A stretch of DNA of 64,000 nt from Limnochordia bacterium (lineage in GTDB: Bacteria > Bacillota > Limnochordia > DTU080): assembly GCA_050951545.1 (NCBI GenBank), contig JBMNJG010000011.1:128001-192000 (forward strand). Reading direction: 5' to 3'. The notes beneath the pieces were generated by a model that saw nothing but the letters and a program-made list of their open reading frames with translations, did not search any database and was not told where the DNA came from. Of the stretch, positions 49,967 to 59,585 are shown in pieces. The position numbers and the translations under genes were made by a program. Position 1 is the stretch's first letter, and every line of letters begins with the position of its first letter.

Positions 49967-50125
49967 GGCGCGGCCCTCCAGTCTCTGTATCGAAGTATGC
50001 CCAGATCGACAGGATTATCGCTGCTAGCGCATACTCACAGCAGGCAGTCTTATTGGCTATGGCGAAGTAGGCAGACAAACGTCAGGCAATCGGGAACATG
50101 CCAAGCAGAGCCAGGAGGTCTACAG

Positions 50126-52816
50126 ATGAGTCCAGGACTGAGCGAATACGTGGCACCAGTTTGTGTGATTCTGGCGGCCGGTAGAGGCACACGCATGCGG
50201 TCTAAGCAGACGCACAAGGTTTGCTTTCCGATTGCGGGTAGGCCAGCGATTCTGCGAGCGATGGATGCCTATCAGGCGGCGGGGATCAGTCGGTTTGTCG
50301 TTGTGGTGGGGGCGATGGCTGGTCAAATTGTGGAAGTAGTGGGGCAAGAGTATCCTGAGGCGAGCTTTGTATACCAGCCCGAACAGCGGGGTACGGGTCA
50401 TGCTACCCGAGTAGGGATTACTCCACTGCGTGATATCGGCTACGAGGGGCCCATCTTTGTGACCATGGGCGACAAACTCGTAGAAGCAGAGGCCATCCGT
50501 GAGTTCCTGACCGCTTTTGGTGGTTCGGACCAGCTGGCCATGGTGGGCGTGGTGCCCCGGCAGCCCGGTAGTGAGGGCGGACGGATCCTTCTGCGCTCGG
50601 AGGGTCAACTGGCTGGCATCGTGGAAACGCGAGATATCCAGAAGGCCTCGATCTTGGAGAAGGCCTATATGCTAATGCATAGCGGAGCCGAGCAAACTGC
50701 GGCAGCCCTTGAGGAATTGGCCCAGACCGCTGAGGCAACCATTCCTGATGACACTAAGCGCAAGCTGGCCTTGGGGCCCCTCGCTGATGCCTTGGACATG
50801 CGGGATATGGCCGCCGTAGAAGAGATCATGCAAGGGTTGGAGCCCAACGTGCGCTTTGTCAGTGTGGGGCGGACTCGCTTTGCGCCCGCACAAGCCGCTG
50901 AGGCCAAGTACCAGAACGCAGCACTGTATCTTTTTCAGGCCCCGGCGCTTTATGAAAGCCTGCGCTGGATCAGCGCTGACAACGCCCAAAAAGAGGAGTA
51001 TCTCACCGATGCGGTCAACTACCTGGCCAATGCCACGGATGCAGGCCAAGTAGGCTATCATGTCCTCAACGCAGATGATGTGTTGACCTACAACAATCCC
51101 GAGGAACTCCTTCTGGTCGAAGAGCAGTTTCGCCGCCGGCACAGCCAGCGCAGCCCCGAGCGCTTGGCAGCTGGCTCCTTCCGCAGTGTAGAGGGGTGGT
51201 TGAACCTTTTCGATCGCGGCGGCCATGCGCTTCAGGCGGCTTTGGCGGACATCTATGGAAACGACAGCGAGCTGATTCAGGAGCGAGTCCAGACCTACCG
51301 TCACGTCTTGGAGCATTTTGGCAAGCTGTATGGTTTTGACAAGAAGGTTGTCCTGGTGCGAGCGCCCGGCCGGGTCAACATGATGGGGCGTCATATTGAG
51401 CATCGTGGTGGCAGTGTCAACGTGATGGCCATCAACAAAGAGGTCATCTTGGTGGCTGCGCCCAGAGCGGACGACACTGTGCGCGTCGCCAATACTGCCG
51501 ACGAGGCGTTTCCTGCCCAGGAATTTCGTATTGGCCTTGAGATCGCTGACATGCCGTGGGATGACTGGCTGAGCTATCTGAGCCAGGAGCGCGTCCAGCA
51601 ACTGGTGCGTGACTCGCACGGGCACTGGGTGAACTACGTCAAGGCTGCTTTCTTGCGTCTGCAGTTTCAGTGTCGTGACCGGCGGATCACGGGAATGGAC
51701 GCTGTCTTCAGTGGCAACATCCCCGTGGCGGCTGGTCTGTCTAGCTCGTCAGCGGTGGTGGTGGCCTCAGCGGAGGCGGCCGCGGCTTTGAACGACTTGG
51801 ATCTGGCGCCTCAGGATTTTGTGGATCTGTGCGGTGAGGGCGAGTGGTATGTGGGTACCCGGGGTGGGGCGGGAGATCACGCGGCGATGAAATTCGGCCA
51901 GCGCGGACAGCTGACCCAGATTGGCTTCTTTCCTTTCCAGGTTAAAGGAAGCGTCTCGTTCCCTGCGGAGTACCAGCTGATCGTGGCGAATTCGCACGTC
52001 AAAGCACAAAAGACGACGAATGCTCGAGATACGTTTAACCAGCGGGTGGCGGCTTATGAGTTCGGCTTGATGCTACTTAAGAAGCTGTTCCCTCTTCATG
52101 CGGCTAAGATGAAACGCTTGCGTGACGTGAATCCTACTACGCTGCAGGTGCGTCCCAGTGCCATCTATGAGATGATCATGGCTCTGCCCGAGACCCTGTC
52201 TCCTGCTGAGGTTCGGGAGCGCTTGGGGGACACACACGCGGCGGAACTGGATCGAATTATGCAAAGCCATGGTGCACCGGAACACTACCTGATTCGCTCT
52301 GTGGTGTTGTATGGAGTAGCGGAGTGTGTGCGGGCTGAGATGTGCCGTCAGCTACTAGAAGAAGGCGATGTACACGCTTTGGGGCGGCTGATGCAGATCA
52401 GCCATGACGGTGACAGGGTAGTGCGCTACACAGATGAAGGTGGACGCTGGCAGGCACATCCCTATGACTACATGGCTGGGACTGGCTATCTCAAGTCCCT
52501 GATGGCCGACTTACGGAGTGAGGATGTAGAACGTGTTATCCGCGCCCAGCTCTACCGGCAGCCGGGTGGCTATGCCTGTTCGACACCCGAGATCGATGAA
52601 ATGGTCGATCTCTCTTTGCAGGTTCCCAGTGTGGTAGGGGCGCAGCTTTCTGGAGCCGGTCTGGGCGGCTGCATCATGGTCTTGGTGCATCAGGACGGTG
52701 TCGACAGTTTGCATAGACTTCTTGAGGAGCGTTTCTATGAACCCAAGGGGTTGGAGCCTGCTCTAACGGTGAGCGCACCAGTGAAAGGGTCAGGCTTGAT
52801 CACGATTGCCCCATAG
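50126..52816 (+). CDS. Bifunctional NTP-transferase (GlmU-like) plus GHMP sugar kinase (galactokinase-like) fusion
   Basis: ILAAGRGTRM, Q.EQRGTGHA and NAQKEEYLTD, followed by RAPGRVN, IPVAAGLSSS and GAQLSGAGLGG. True start ATG 50126 with an AGGAGG RBS. Confidence 0.88.
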   Translation: MSPGLSEYVAPVCVILAAGRGTRMRSKQTHKVCFPIAGRPAILRAMDAYQAAGISRFVVVVGAMAGQIVEVVGQEYPEASFVYQPEQRGTGHATRVGITPLRDIGYEGPIFVTMGDKLVEAEAIREFLTAFGGSDQLAMVGVVPRQPGSEGGRILLRSEGQLAGIVETRDIQKASILEKAYMLMHSGAEQTAAALEELAQTAEATIPDDTKRKLALGPLADALDMRDMAAVEEIMQGLEPNVRFVSVGRTRFAPAQAAEAKYQNAALYLFQAPALYESLRWISADNAQKEEYLTDAVNYLANATDAGQVGYHVLNADDVLTYNNPEELLLVEEQFRRRHSQRSPERLAAGSFRSVEGWLNLFDRGGHALQAALADIYGNDSELIQERVQTYRHVLEHFGKLYGFDKKVVLVRAPGRVNMMGRHIEHRGGSVNVMAINKEVILVAAPRADDTVRVANTADEAFPAQEFRIGLEIADMPWDDWLSYLSQERVQQLVRDSHGHWVNYVKAAFLRLQFQCRDRRITGMDAVFSGNIPVAAGLSSSSAVVVASAEAAAALNDLDLAPQDFVDLCGEGEWYVGTRGGAGDHAAMKFGQRGQLTQIGFFPFQVKGSVSFPAEYQLIVANSHVKAQKTTNARDTFNQRVAAYEFGLMLLKKLFPLHAAKMKRLRDVNPTTLQVRPSAIYEMIMALPETLSPAEVRERLGDTHAAELDRIMQSHGAPEHYLIRSVVLYGVAECVRAEMCRQLLEEGDVHALGRLMQISHDGDRVVRYTDEGGRWQAHPYDYMAGTGYLKSLMADLRSEDVERVIRAQLYRQPGGYACSTPEIDEMVDLSLQVPSVVGAQLSGAGLGGCIMVLVHQDGVDSLHRLLEERFYEPKGLEPALTVSAPVKGSGLITIAP

Positions 52817-52875
52817 GGCGAACACTGAAAGCAGGCGCTGAACACCTCGCTGGATGGCAATTGGAGGCCGTCGAC

Positions 52876-53673
52876 ATGCCTTTTCGAGGGGGCTTGAAGT
52901 TGGCAAGAGATGAGGCACAGGTAGGCCGGATTTCGCCACACGCTGTGGTGGGCGAGGATGTCGAGTTGGGCTATGGCGTGGTCCTGGAAGACGGTGTGCA
53001 AATCGGGGCAGGTTGCGTTTTGGGGCACTATGTGGTGGTGCATCGGGGCACCCGTGTGGGCGATAACTGCCAAGTTGGCGATCACAGCGTTCTGGGCAGA
53101 GCTCCAATGAAAGCCAAGACCAGCACACTTCAGAGCGGGGAGGTGCTGCCTCCTCTTGAGCTGGGCTCCGAGTGCATGGTTGGCGTGGGCGCTGTGCTTT
53201 ACGCGGGGAGTTCGCTCGGTGCAGGTTGCCTCGTCGCCGATGGCGCGCAAGTGCGTGAGCGGTGTCGTATCGGAGAGCATGTGATCATCGGACGCAGCGT
53301 CACCGTGGAGAATGACTGCCTGATCGGTGAGGCCACCAAACTGCAAAGTGGGGCGTATCTCACGGCGACATCGGTTCTCGAAGATCATGTCTTTATTGCC
53401 CCGATGGTCACGACGACCAATGACAACTACGTGGGCCGTACGGAGGCTCGCTTCCGGGAGCGCAAGGGTGTCACTGTCAAGCGCTATGGCCGGGTGGGTG
53501 GCGGAGCGGTGCTTTTGCCTGGGGTGACCGTCGGCGTAGAGGCCCTGGTGGCCGCTGGTGCTGTGGTTACCAGGGACGTTCCGGCGGGCCAGATCGTGAT
53601 GGGTGTGCCAGCACGTGTAGTACGGGAGGTGCCTGCCGAACAGCTGGTGCTATCGCCGGAGGAGGTAAGATAG
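52876..53673 (+). CDS. Hexapeptide-repeat sugar N-acetyltransferase (WbpD-like)
   Basis: Left-handed beta-helix repeats; LEDHVFIAP.V.TTND, AGAVVTRDVP and GVPA. Confidence 0.88.
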   Translation: MPFRGGLKLARDEAQVGRISPHAVVGEDVELGYGVVLEDGVQIGAGCVLGHYVVVHRGTRVGDNCQVGDHSVLGRAPMKAKTSTLQSGEVLPPLELGSECMVGVGAVLYAGSSLGAGCLVADGAQVRERCRIGEHVIIGRSVTVENDCLIGEATKLQSGAYLTATSVLEDHVFIAPMVTTTNDNYVGRTEARFRERKGVTVKRYGRVGGGAVLLPGVTVGVEALVAAGAVVTRDVPAGQIVMGVPARVVREVPAEQLVLSPEEVR

Positions 53674-53719
53674 GTACCGCACTAGGTATGGCGTACATAC
53701 TCTGCGAAGGGAAATCAGG

Positions 53720-55015
53720 ATGACCATGCTCAGAAAGCTGCTCTCCAAGGGAAGTTTTGTGCGCAGTGTCACCGTCTTAGCTGGAGGTACTGCCCTGGCG
53801 CAGGTCATCACAGTAGCCGTCTCGCCGTTTTTGACCCGACTGTACAAGCCTGAGGATTTCGGCCTCTTGGGGGCTTATGTGGCTGTTCTGGGCCTAGCGG
53901 TGCCACTGGCATCTTGGCGCTATGAGTTTGCTATTCCTCTGCCGAAGAGCGAGCAAGAAGCGTTCAACCTGCTGATTCTGGCCTTGGGTACGGTGGTGGT
54001 CATGACCGCCTTGCTCGCACTGGGAATCGGGGTGTTTGGGCAGCGGCTGGTTGTGTGGATGAAGGCGCCCGCGCTGAGACCATATCTGTGGCTACTGCCA
54101 GTGGGATTGCTTGGAGCGGGGGCCTATCAGGCTCTAAACTACTGGGCAGTACGGCGACAGGCTTTCGCGGTCATTGCCAGGACCAAACTCGCGCAGAGTA
54201 CGGGATCTGTAGGCACACAGCTGTTGGCGGGTTTGGGTGTCCCGGGTCCCCTGGGACTCATTGCTGGTCACGTCGTGGGTCAGGTGGGGGGCAGCAGTAG
54301 TCTGGCTCGCCTAGTAATGCGCAGCTGGCCAACACTCGGCCAGAGCATCAGTTGGGAGCAGATGCGGGCTATGGCCAAGCGGTACTGGCGCTTCCCCGTC
54401 TTTAGTGCTTCTGCATCCCTCTTCAACAGCGCCACCACCCAGGTCCCCACGCTCTTGCTCACGGCTTTCTACGGGGCCGATGTAACAGGCTGGTTTATCT
54501 TGGGTCAGAGGGTGTTAGGAGCACCAGCCGACCTTATCGGCAACTCGATCGGGCAGGTATACCTGAGCGAGGCAGCGCGACTGGTCGGAACTGATCCAGT
54601 TGCTCTGCGACGGCTCTTCTTCCGAACGGGGGGGCGCATGGCGCTGATCGCTGCAGCCCCTATGCTGGTTATCATGGCTTGGGGTCCGTGGTTGTTTTCC
54701 AGGATTTTCGGCCTGCAGTGGCTTGCTGCGGGTAGCTACGCGCGTCTTCTCGCAGTGTGGGTTTTCTTTGGGTTGGTTATCTCACCAATCGCCAGTCTGA
54801 ATGTGTTGGAGCGTCAGGATCTGTTCTTACTATGGAACGTCGGGCGCAGTATACTCACGGTGGGAGGTCTTTTCCTGTCTCATAGGTTGGGCTTGGGCCC
54901 ACATCAGGCGATTGGCGTCTACTCACTATGCATGGTTATCGCTTACATGGCGATCGCTTTGCTCTGGCTGTTGGCTGTGCAACAGCGCATAGAGGCCGTC
55001 GCGAGAGTTCACTGA
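53720..55015 (+). CDS. wzx: Wzx-type oligosaccharide flippase
   Basis: L..GT..AQ.I....SPFLTRLY.PEDFG and RYEFAIPL; about 12 TMs. Confidence 0.88.
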   Translation: MTMLRKLLSKGSFVRSVTVLAGGTALAQVITVAVSPFLTRLYKPEDFGLLGAYVAVLGLAVPLASWRYEFAIPLPKSEQEAFNLLILALGTVVVMTALLALGIGVFGQRLVVWMKAPALRPYLWLLPVGLLGAGAYQALNYWAVRRQAFAVIARTKLAQSTGSVGTQLLAGLGVPGPLGLIAGHVVGQVGGSSSLARLVMRSWPTLGQSISWEQMRAMAKRYWRFPVFSASASLFNSATTQVPTLLLTAFYGADVTGWFILGQRVLGAPADLIGNSIGQVYLSEAARLVGTDPVALRRLFFRTGGRMALIAAAPMLVIMAWGPWLFSRIFGLQWLAAGSYARLLAVWVFFGLVISPIASLNVLERQDLFLLWNVGRSILTVGGLFLSHRLGLGPHQAIGVYSLCMVIAYMAIALLWLLAVQQRIEAVARVH

Positions 55016-56395
55016 TTGAGGAGTCTGTGCATGGGCTATTGCAACCCTCGGGACCAGTGGATGCGATTGCTTACTGACCGAATTCAGGAGTCCACTGGCA
55101 AAGCAGCAGAAGAAGAGTGCCATATCGGTATCATAGGTGCCCTGGGTGCTCACGATGTGGGCGACGAGGCCATGCTACGTTCGCTGATGGGTGAGATAGC
55201 AGGCAGAATGCCGGGCGCTGTGTTCACGGTGTTCTCCAACCGCCCAGAGGTCACGGATGCCTACTTGGGCACTCAGTCTGCGCCAACGCTTCACAGATGG
55301 CTTTACAACCGACGCAGCCTGCTATCATGGGTGCTGAACGGCGCAGATGCATTGGAGGCTACTCTCACCCGCCTGGCCGGAGCAGTCTTCCAGCTTGATC
55401 CGATTGTGTGTGACGAATGGCTATTGCGTGGCGTGCTGGCCCTGCTTGACAAGAGGCTTGACCGACTTACCCGCGACTCGACGTGTGGCCGTCTGCGGGG
55501 AGATGCATCCTTGCTTTCGGAGCATGTGCGCAGGGTTGCGGCATGTGACGTGGTGCTGCTACTGGGGGGAGGTTACCTCAACAGCTGGCACGTGAAGGCC
55601 CGGGCCTACATTACGCTGGCGACTGCCCAAATCGCGTTGCGGTTGGGTAGACCAGTCTTTGCCTCCGGGCTGAATCTGGGGCCCTTCAACCGCTATGATT
55701 TGCGCGCAGTAGGTCGGATTCTGGGTCAGTTCGAACTGATTGGCCTGCGAGACAGAGATGAGTCGCCAGAGGCCCTACGGCAGATGGGGATTTGGGATCC
55801 GGCCATTCATCACTTTAGCTCCGATGATGCTATCATGCTAGGAGTATCGACTCTCGGTCAACCTGAGCTGGAGGGGCTTACAGCGGAACTAGGCTCGTAC
55901 GTGGCTTTCCAGATGCACCGGTGGCTGCTAAGTACTAAGGATCTTCACTCTCTGAGCGCAGCTATGGCAGAGGCCTTGGACCAGGTAGTTGAACGGCATG
56001 ATGTTCATGTGCTCATGGTGCCGATGACTTTCGGTGAGGTTGGGTCACGCGACTTGGCGGTCATGAAGGGTGTGCAGGCGACCGCTCGGCATGCCGACCG
56101 CTTTCATGCAGCAGCAACAACACTCCAGCCTGAACAGCTGAAGTACCTGTTTTCGCGAGCACAGTGCGCTGTTGTCACTCGACATCATGCGTTTGTCTTC
56201 GCAGTGAGTTCAGGCGTGCCCTGCGTGGCGGTTGAGCTTGACCCTTATTATCGTATGAAGCTAGCAGGCATGGCGGGCGAATATGAGGGGCTATGCAGCA
56301 TCCTGCCTATGTCTGTATTGGAGCCAGCGTCGATTGTGGAGGCGGTCAGTGGTTATCTCACTGGCAACTGCGCGAAAAGCGGTGGATGTGAATGA
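55016..56395 (+). CDS. Polysaccharide pyruvyl transferase family protein
   Basis: GDEAML, GGGYL, LGP, GLRD..S and RHHA...A...GVP; start uncertain (55016-55061). Confidence 0.82.
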   Translation: MRSLCMGYCNPRDQWMRLLTDRIQESTGKAAEEECHIGIIGALGAHDVGDEAMLRSLMGEIAGRMPGAVFTVFSNRPEVTDAYLGTQSAPTLHRWLYNRRSLLSWVLNGADALEATLTRLAGAVFQLDPIVCDEWLLRGVLALLDKRLDRLTRDSTCGRLRGDASLLSEHVRRVAACDVVLLLGGGYLNSWHVKARAYITLATAQIALRLGRPVFASGLNLGPFNRYDLRAVGRILGQFELIGLRDRDESPEALRQMGIWDPAIHHFSSDDAIMLGVSTLGQPELEGLTAELGSYVAFQMHRWLLSTKDLHSLSAAMAEALDQVVERHDVHVLMVPMTFGEVGSRDLAVMKGVQATARHADRFHAAATTLQPEQLKYLFSRAQCAVVTRHHAFVFAVSSGVPCVAVELDPYYRMKLAGMAGEYEGLCSILPMSVLEPASIVEAVSGYLTGNCAKSGGCE

Positions 56396-57480
56396 GTAGG
56401 TTGCGCGTGCTGATCACCGATGTGGGTGCCAAGCATTCCATCGCCATCCAACGTCGTCTCAGGGCGAGGTTGTCAGACATATGGCTCATAGGGCACGATG
56501 AGAGCCGTCACTCATTGGCTCGCTTCTATGGTTGCCTAGATAGGATGATTACGGGTGTGGCCCTTGAGGATGCTCTAGCTGGAGAAGCATTTGACATGGT
56601 TATTCCTGTGAGTGCCCGGGCGGTCCGCACAGTATCGAAGAGGTGTCCTCAGTGCGCTGTGTTGCCAAGTCCTGCTGTTCTGGAGCGCTGTTGGAACAAG
56701 GCTGAGACTTTGGCCTTAGCCCAGGGTTTGGGCATACCCATACCTGCTACACGCCTTGTGAAGAGTCGGCATGAAATAGTAGATGAATGCTCGAGCTATC
56801 CATGTGTGGTCAAACCAGCGTGTGAGACTGAAGCCAAGGGAGTCTATTACGCTCGTAATGTGCGGGAGTGTCAGAGGTACGTGGATCTGCTGTTCGACAA
56901 GATGAGCGGAGAATCGCAGTATGGTGTACTGCTGCAGGAATACATCAAAGGCTGGGGCTGCGGTTTTTTCGCTCTATATGATCAAGGTAGTTGCAGGCGG
57001 GTTTTCATGCACCAGCGGATCCGGGAGTACCCGCCCTCGGGAGGGGGCAGTACTGCAGCGCGTGCTTTCTATGCCGAGACCCTCAAACAGATGGGTCTAC
57101 GGCTTCTGAATGCGCTCACCTACCATGGGGTGGCGATGGTCGAGTTTCGGTATTGTGAGGAGCGGGAGCAGTATGTGCTCATGGAGATCAACCCAAAGAT
57201 GTGGGGCTCGATAGAGCTGGCGCTGTGTGCGGATGCTGATTTTGCCGTAGACCTAGTCCGACTCTTTGGAGGCGAGAAGCTGGAGTACACGGAGGCCTAT
57301 GACCGCGATCTACATTTCTATTGGCCACTTGATGATGACCTGCTGCATCTTGCGCAGACGAGGCAGTGGCACAAAGTAAGGGAGTATCGATCGCCAGAAG
57401 CAGCGACCAATGTGGGACAGTCGGTACCTGCCGATGTCTACAAGAGCTTGCGGTTGCTCAAGAAGCTGTTTGTGGGGTGA
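56392..57480 (+). CDS. ATP-grasp carboxylate-amine ligase
   Basis: YPCVVKP, LLQEYIKG, H.RIREYP..GG.S and LMEINPK.WGS. Confidence 0.85.
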   Translation: MSRLRVLITDVGAKHSIAIQRRLRARLSDIWLIGHDESRHSLARFYGCLDRMITGVALEDALAGEAFDMVIPVSARAVRTVSKRCPQCAVLPSPAVLERCWNKAETLALAQGLGIPIPATRLVKSRHEIVDECSSYPCVVKPACETEAKGVYYARNVRECQRYVDLLFDKMSGESQYGVLLQEYIKGWGCGFFALYDQGSCRRVFMHQRIREYPPSGGGSTAARAFYAETLKQMGLRLLNALTYHGVAMVEFRYCEEREQYVLMEINPKMWGSIELALCADADFAVDLVRLFGGEKLEYTEAYDRDLHFYWPLDDDLLHLAQTRQWHKVREYRSPEAATNVGQSVPADVYKSLRLLKKLFVG

Positions 57481-57484
57481 GTCC

Positions 57485-58189
57485 ATGGAACACGAGCGCC
57501 GTGGTGTGATTCATCTGCACTCTAGATACTCCTATGACTCCCTTCTGTCGCCCAGCCGTATTCTGATCACTGCTCAGGAGGCAGGCTGGGATTTCGTCAT
57601 ACTCACCGATCACAACACGATTCGCGGTTCTCAGGCTCTGCGGGAGCTGGCCCGCAAGAGGGCCCCCCACATCGATATACCTATCGCTGCTGAGTACCGG
57701 ACTGAGTGTGGGGACATGATCGCTGCCTTCATCGAGGAAGAGATCGTAGAGATGCGCTTGGCTGGTTTTGTGGCCAACGTAAAGGCGCAGGGGGGCCTAC
57801 TACTACTGCCCCATCCCTATGTTTCACATGATGATCCCGAGAGACTGGCTGTGGCTGCAGACCTGATCGAGGTAGCCAATTCCCGAGCGACACCAGAACA
57901 GAACCACAAAGCACTGGCTCTAGCCAAGCGTCTCGGTAAGCCAACCTACGTGGCGTCTGATGCCCATCTTAGGTGCGAACTAGGAAATGCAGTGGTAAAG
58001 GCGAGGGGCGGGGGACGGCTCCAGAATATACTGGAGGTTCTGGGGACTGAAGTGACGTATTTCTCCTGCGCAGCCCCGTCTGTCACCTACCGTTCACAGA
58101 TGATCAAGGCAGGGAAGACAGGTAGTGTCGGCCTTTTGGCTTATAACCTCTATGCATATGCTCGCTGGAGCGTGTCTGGGGATCGGTAG
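57485..58189 (+). CDS. PHP-domain metallohydrolase
   Basis: HLHS.YS.D, TDHN, PHP and SDAH. Confidence 0.87.
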   Translation: MEHERRGVIHLHSRYSYDSLLSPSRILITAQEAGWDFVILTDHNTIRGSQALRELARKRAPHIDIPIAAEYRTECGDMIAAFIEEEIVEMRLAGFVANVKAQGGLLLLPHPYVSHDDPERLAVAADLIEVANSRATPEQNHKALALAKRLGKPTYVASDAHLRCELGNAVVKARGGGRLQNILEVLGTEVTYFSCAAPSVTYRSQMIKAGKTGSVGLLAYNLYAYARWSVSGDR

Positions 58190-58200
58190 AGGAGTCTGCT

Positions 58201-59583
58201 GTGCTTATCGTTACGCATCCACCCACATATATTCCCGAGCGAGACTACGTTTTGTCGGTGATTCTGGGCGAGTTTCTGGGGCTGGAGTATCGCACAAGGG
58301 TCGCCGACTGTCTGGAGGTATCCATCACGAGGGAGGGCTGCGCTGATGGTCGTGTGCTTACGATGAGCGATCAGCTGTTCCAGACCCCGCAAGAGCAGTG
58401 GCTGACGCCTCTCGCCCTACCGCCCCGCCCAATAAGGGTATGGAATGCCGTTCCCGATGGGTTGCGTGAACGCCTTTTGGAATCATCGGTTCCAGTGCTT
58501 TACGGACGCCAACTCAGTAGCGGGGCGTTCTGTGTGTTCGGCGACACACATGTGCATCTAGGCATTGATATATTTGGCAGCTCCTTTTTTATGCTTACCT
58601 GTTATGAAGAGTTGGTCAGTTCAGTCAGAGACAGCTATGGTCGCTTTCCGGCCACGGAGTCACTTGCGTATCAGGTTGGTTTTTTGCACCGTCCTCTGAT
58701 CAACGAATACGTGGAGATACTCTGGGCGGCACTGGAGCACTTATGGCCCTCTCTGCGGCGTCAGGCACGCCGTTTTCAACTGCGTCTGACCCACGACGTC
58801 GATGAGGCGTACGTGGTGAGGGGCAAGAGTCTGCTGGCTGTAGCTCGCAGCACGCTTGCCGACCTTGTCTTGCGCAAAGACTCCCAGCTTGCGGGCAATC
58901 GACTGCTGTCGTGCTATCGGGTGCGGCGAGGGGATGGCGATGCAGATCTCTGCAATACCTTCGATTTCATCATGGACCTCAGTGAGGAGCAGGGGGTGGC
59001 GAGCGCATTCTACTTTATGAGTGCGTGCCAGAGTTGCTACTGTCTTAGTGATCCGTGGGTCTCTCGCCTGATGCGCCGTATCCACGAACGTGGGCATGAG
59101 CTGGGCTTTCACCCTGATCTAGGTACATTTCGCGATGCCCAGTTGCTGGCGCAGGAGTTTGGACGGTTGCGACAGACAAGCGAGGCCTTGGGTATCTCTC
59201 AGGAGAGGTGGGGTGGGCGTCACCACTACCTGCAATGGGATGCTTCTGTGACGTGGCAGGCTTGGGAGGATGCTGGGTTGGCCTATGACAGTAGCGTAGG
59301 CTTTGCTGATCAGGTGGGTTTCCGCTGCGGTACCTGTTACGAATTCCCCGTCTTCAATGTCCACACGCGTCAGAGATTGCAGTTGCGGGAGCGTCCTCTG
59401 ATCGTCATGGAGGCTACGTTGCTGGGGTACATGGGTCTTGACTGTGAAGAAGCTCTCGAGCAGGCCTTGCTGCTCAAGCGGGCCTGCAAGCGCTTCGAGG
59501 GTGAGTTTACGCTTCTTTGGCATAACGCCCGACTTATGCAACGGCGCGAAAGGGAGCTTTATAGGCACGTGGTGGAGGGTTAG
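58201..59583 (+). CDS. Polysaccharide deacetylase family protein
   Basis: D.YGRF, THDVD, GHELGFH, GGRHHYL, YDSS.GF...GFRCG and LLWHN. Confidence 0.85.
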   Translation: MLIVTHPPTYIPERDYVLSVILGEFLGLEYRTRVADCLEVSITREGCADGRVLTMSDQLFQTPQEQWLTPLALPPRPIRVWNAVPDGLRERLLESSVPVLYGRQLSSGAFCVFGDTHVHLGIDIFGSSFFMLTCYEELVSSVRDSYGRFPATESLAYQVGFLHRPLINEYVEILWAALEHLWPSLRRQARRFQLRLTHDVDEAYVVRGKSLLAVARSTLADLVLRKDSQLAGNRLLSCYRVRRGDGDADLCNTFDFIMDLSEEQGVASAFYFMSACQSCYCLSDPWVSRLMRRIHERGHELGFHPDLGTFRDAQLLAQEFGRLRQTSEALGISQERWGGRHHYLQWDASVTWQAWEDAGLAYDSSVGFADQVGFRCGTCYEFPVFNVHTRQRLQLRERPLIVMEATLLGYMGLDCEEALEQALLLKRACKRFEGEFTLLWHNARLMQRRERELYRHVVEG

Positions 59584-59585
59584 CC

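Noticed and set aside
49205-50125. N-terminal 307-aa extension of the 1203-aa ORF
   Set aside because: Mostly an antisense shadow of yyaL; the real start is ATG 50126 with an AGGAGG RBS.
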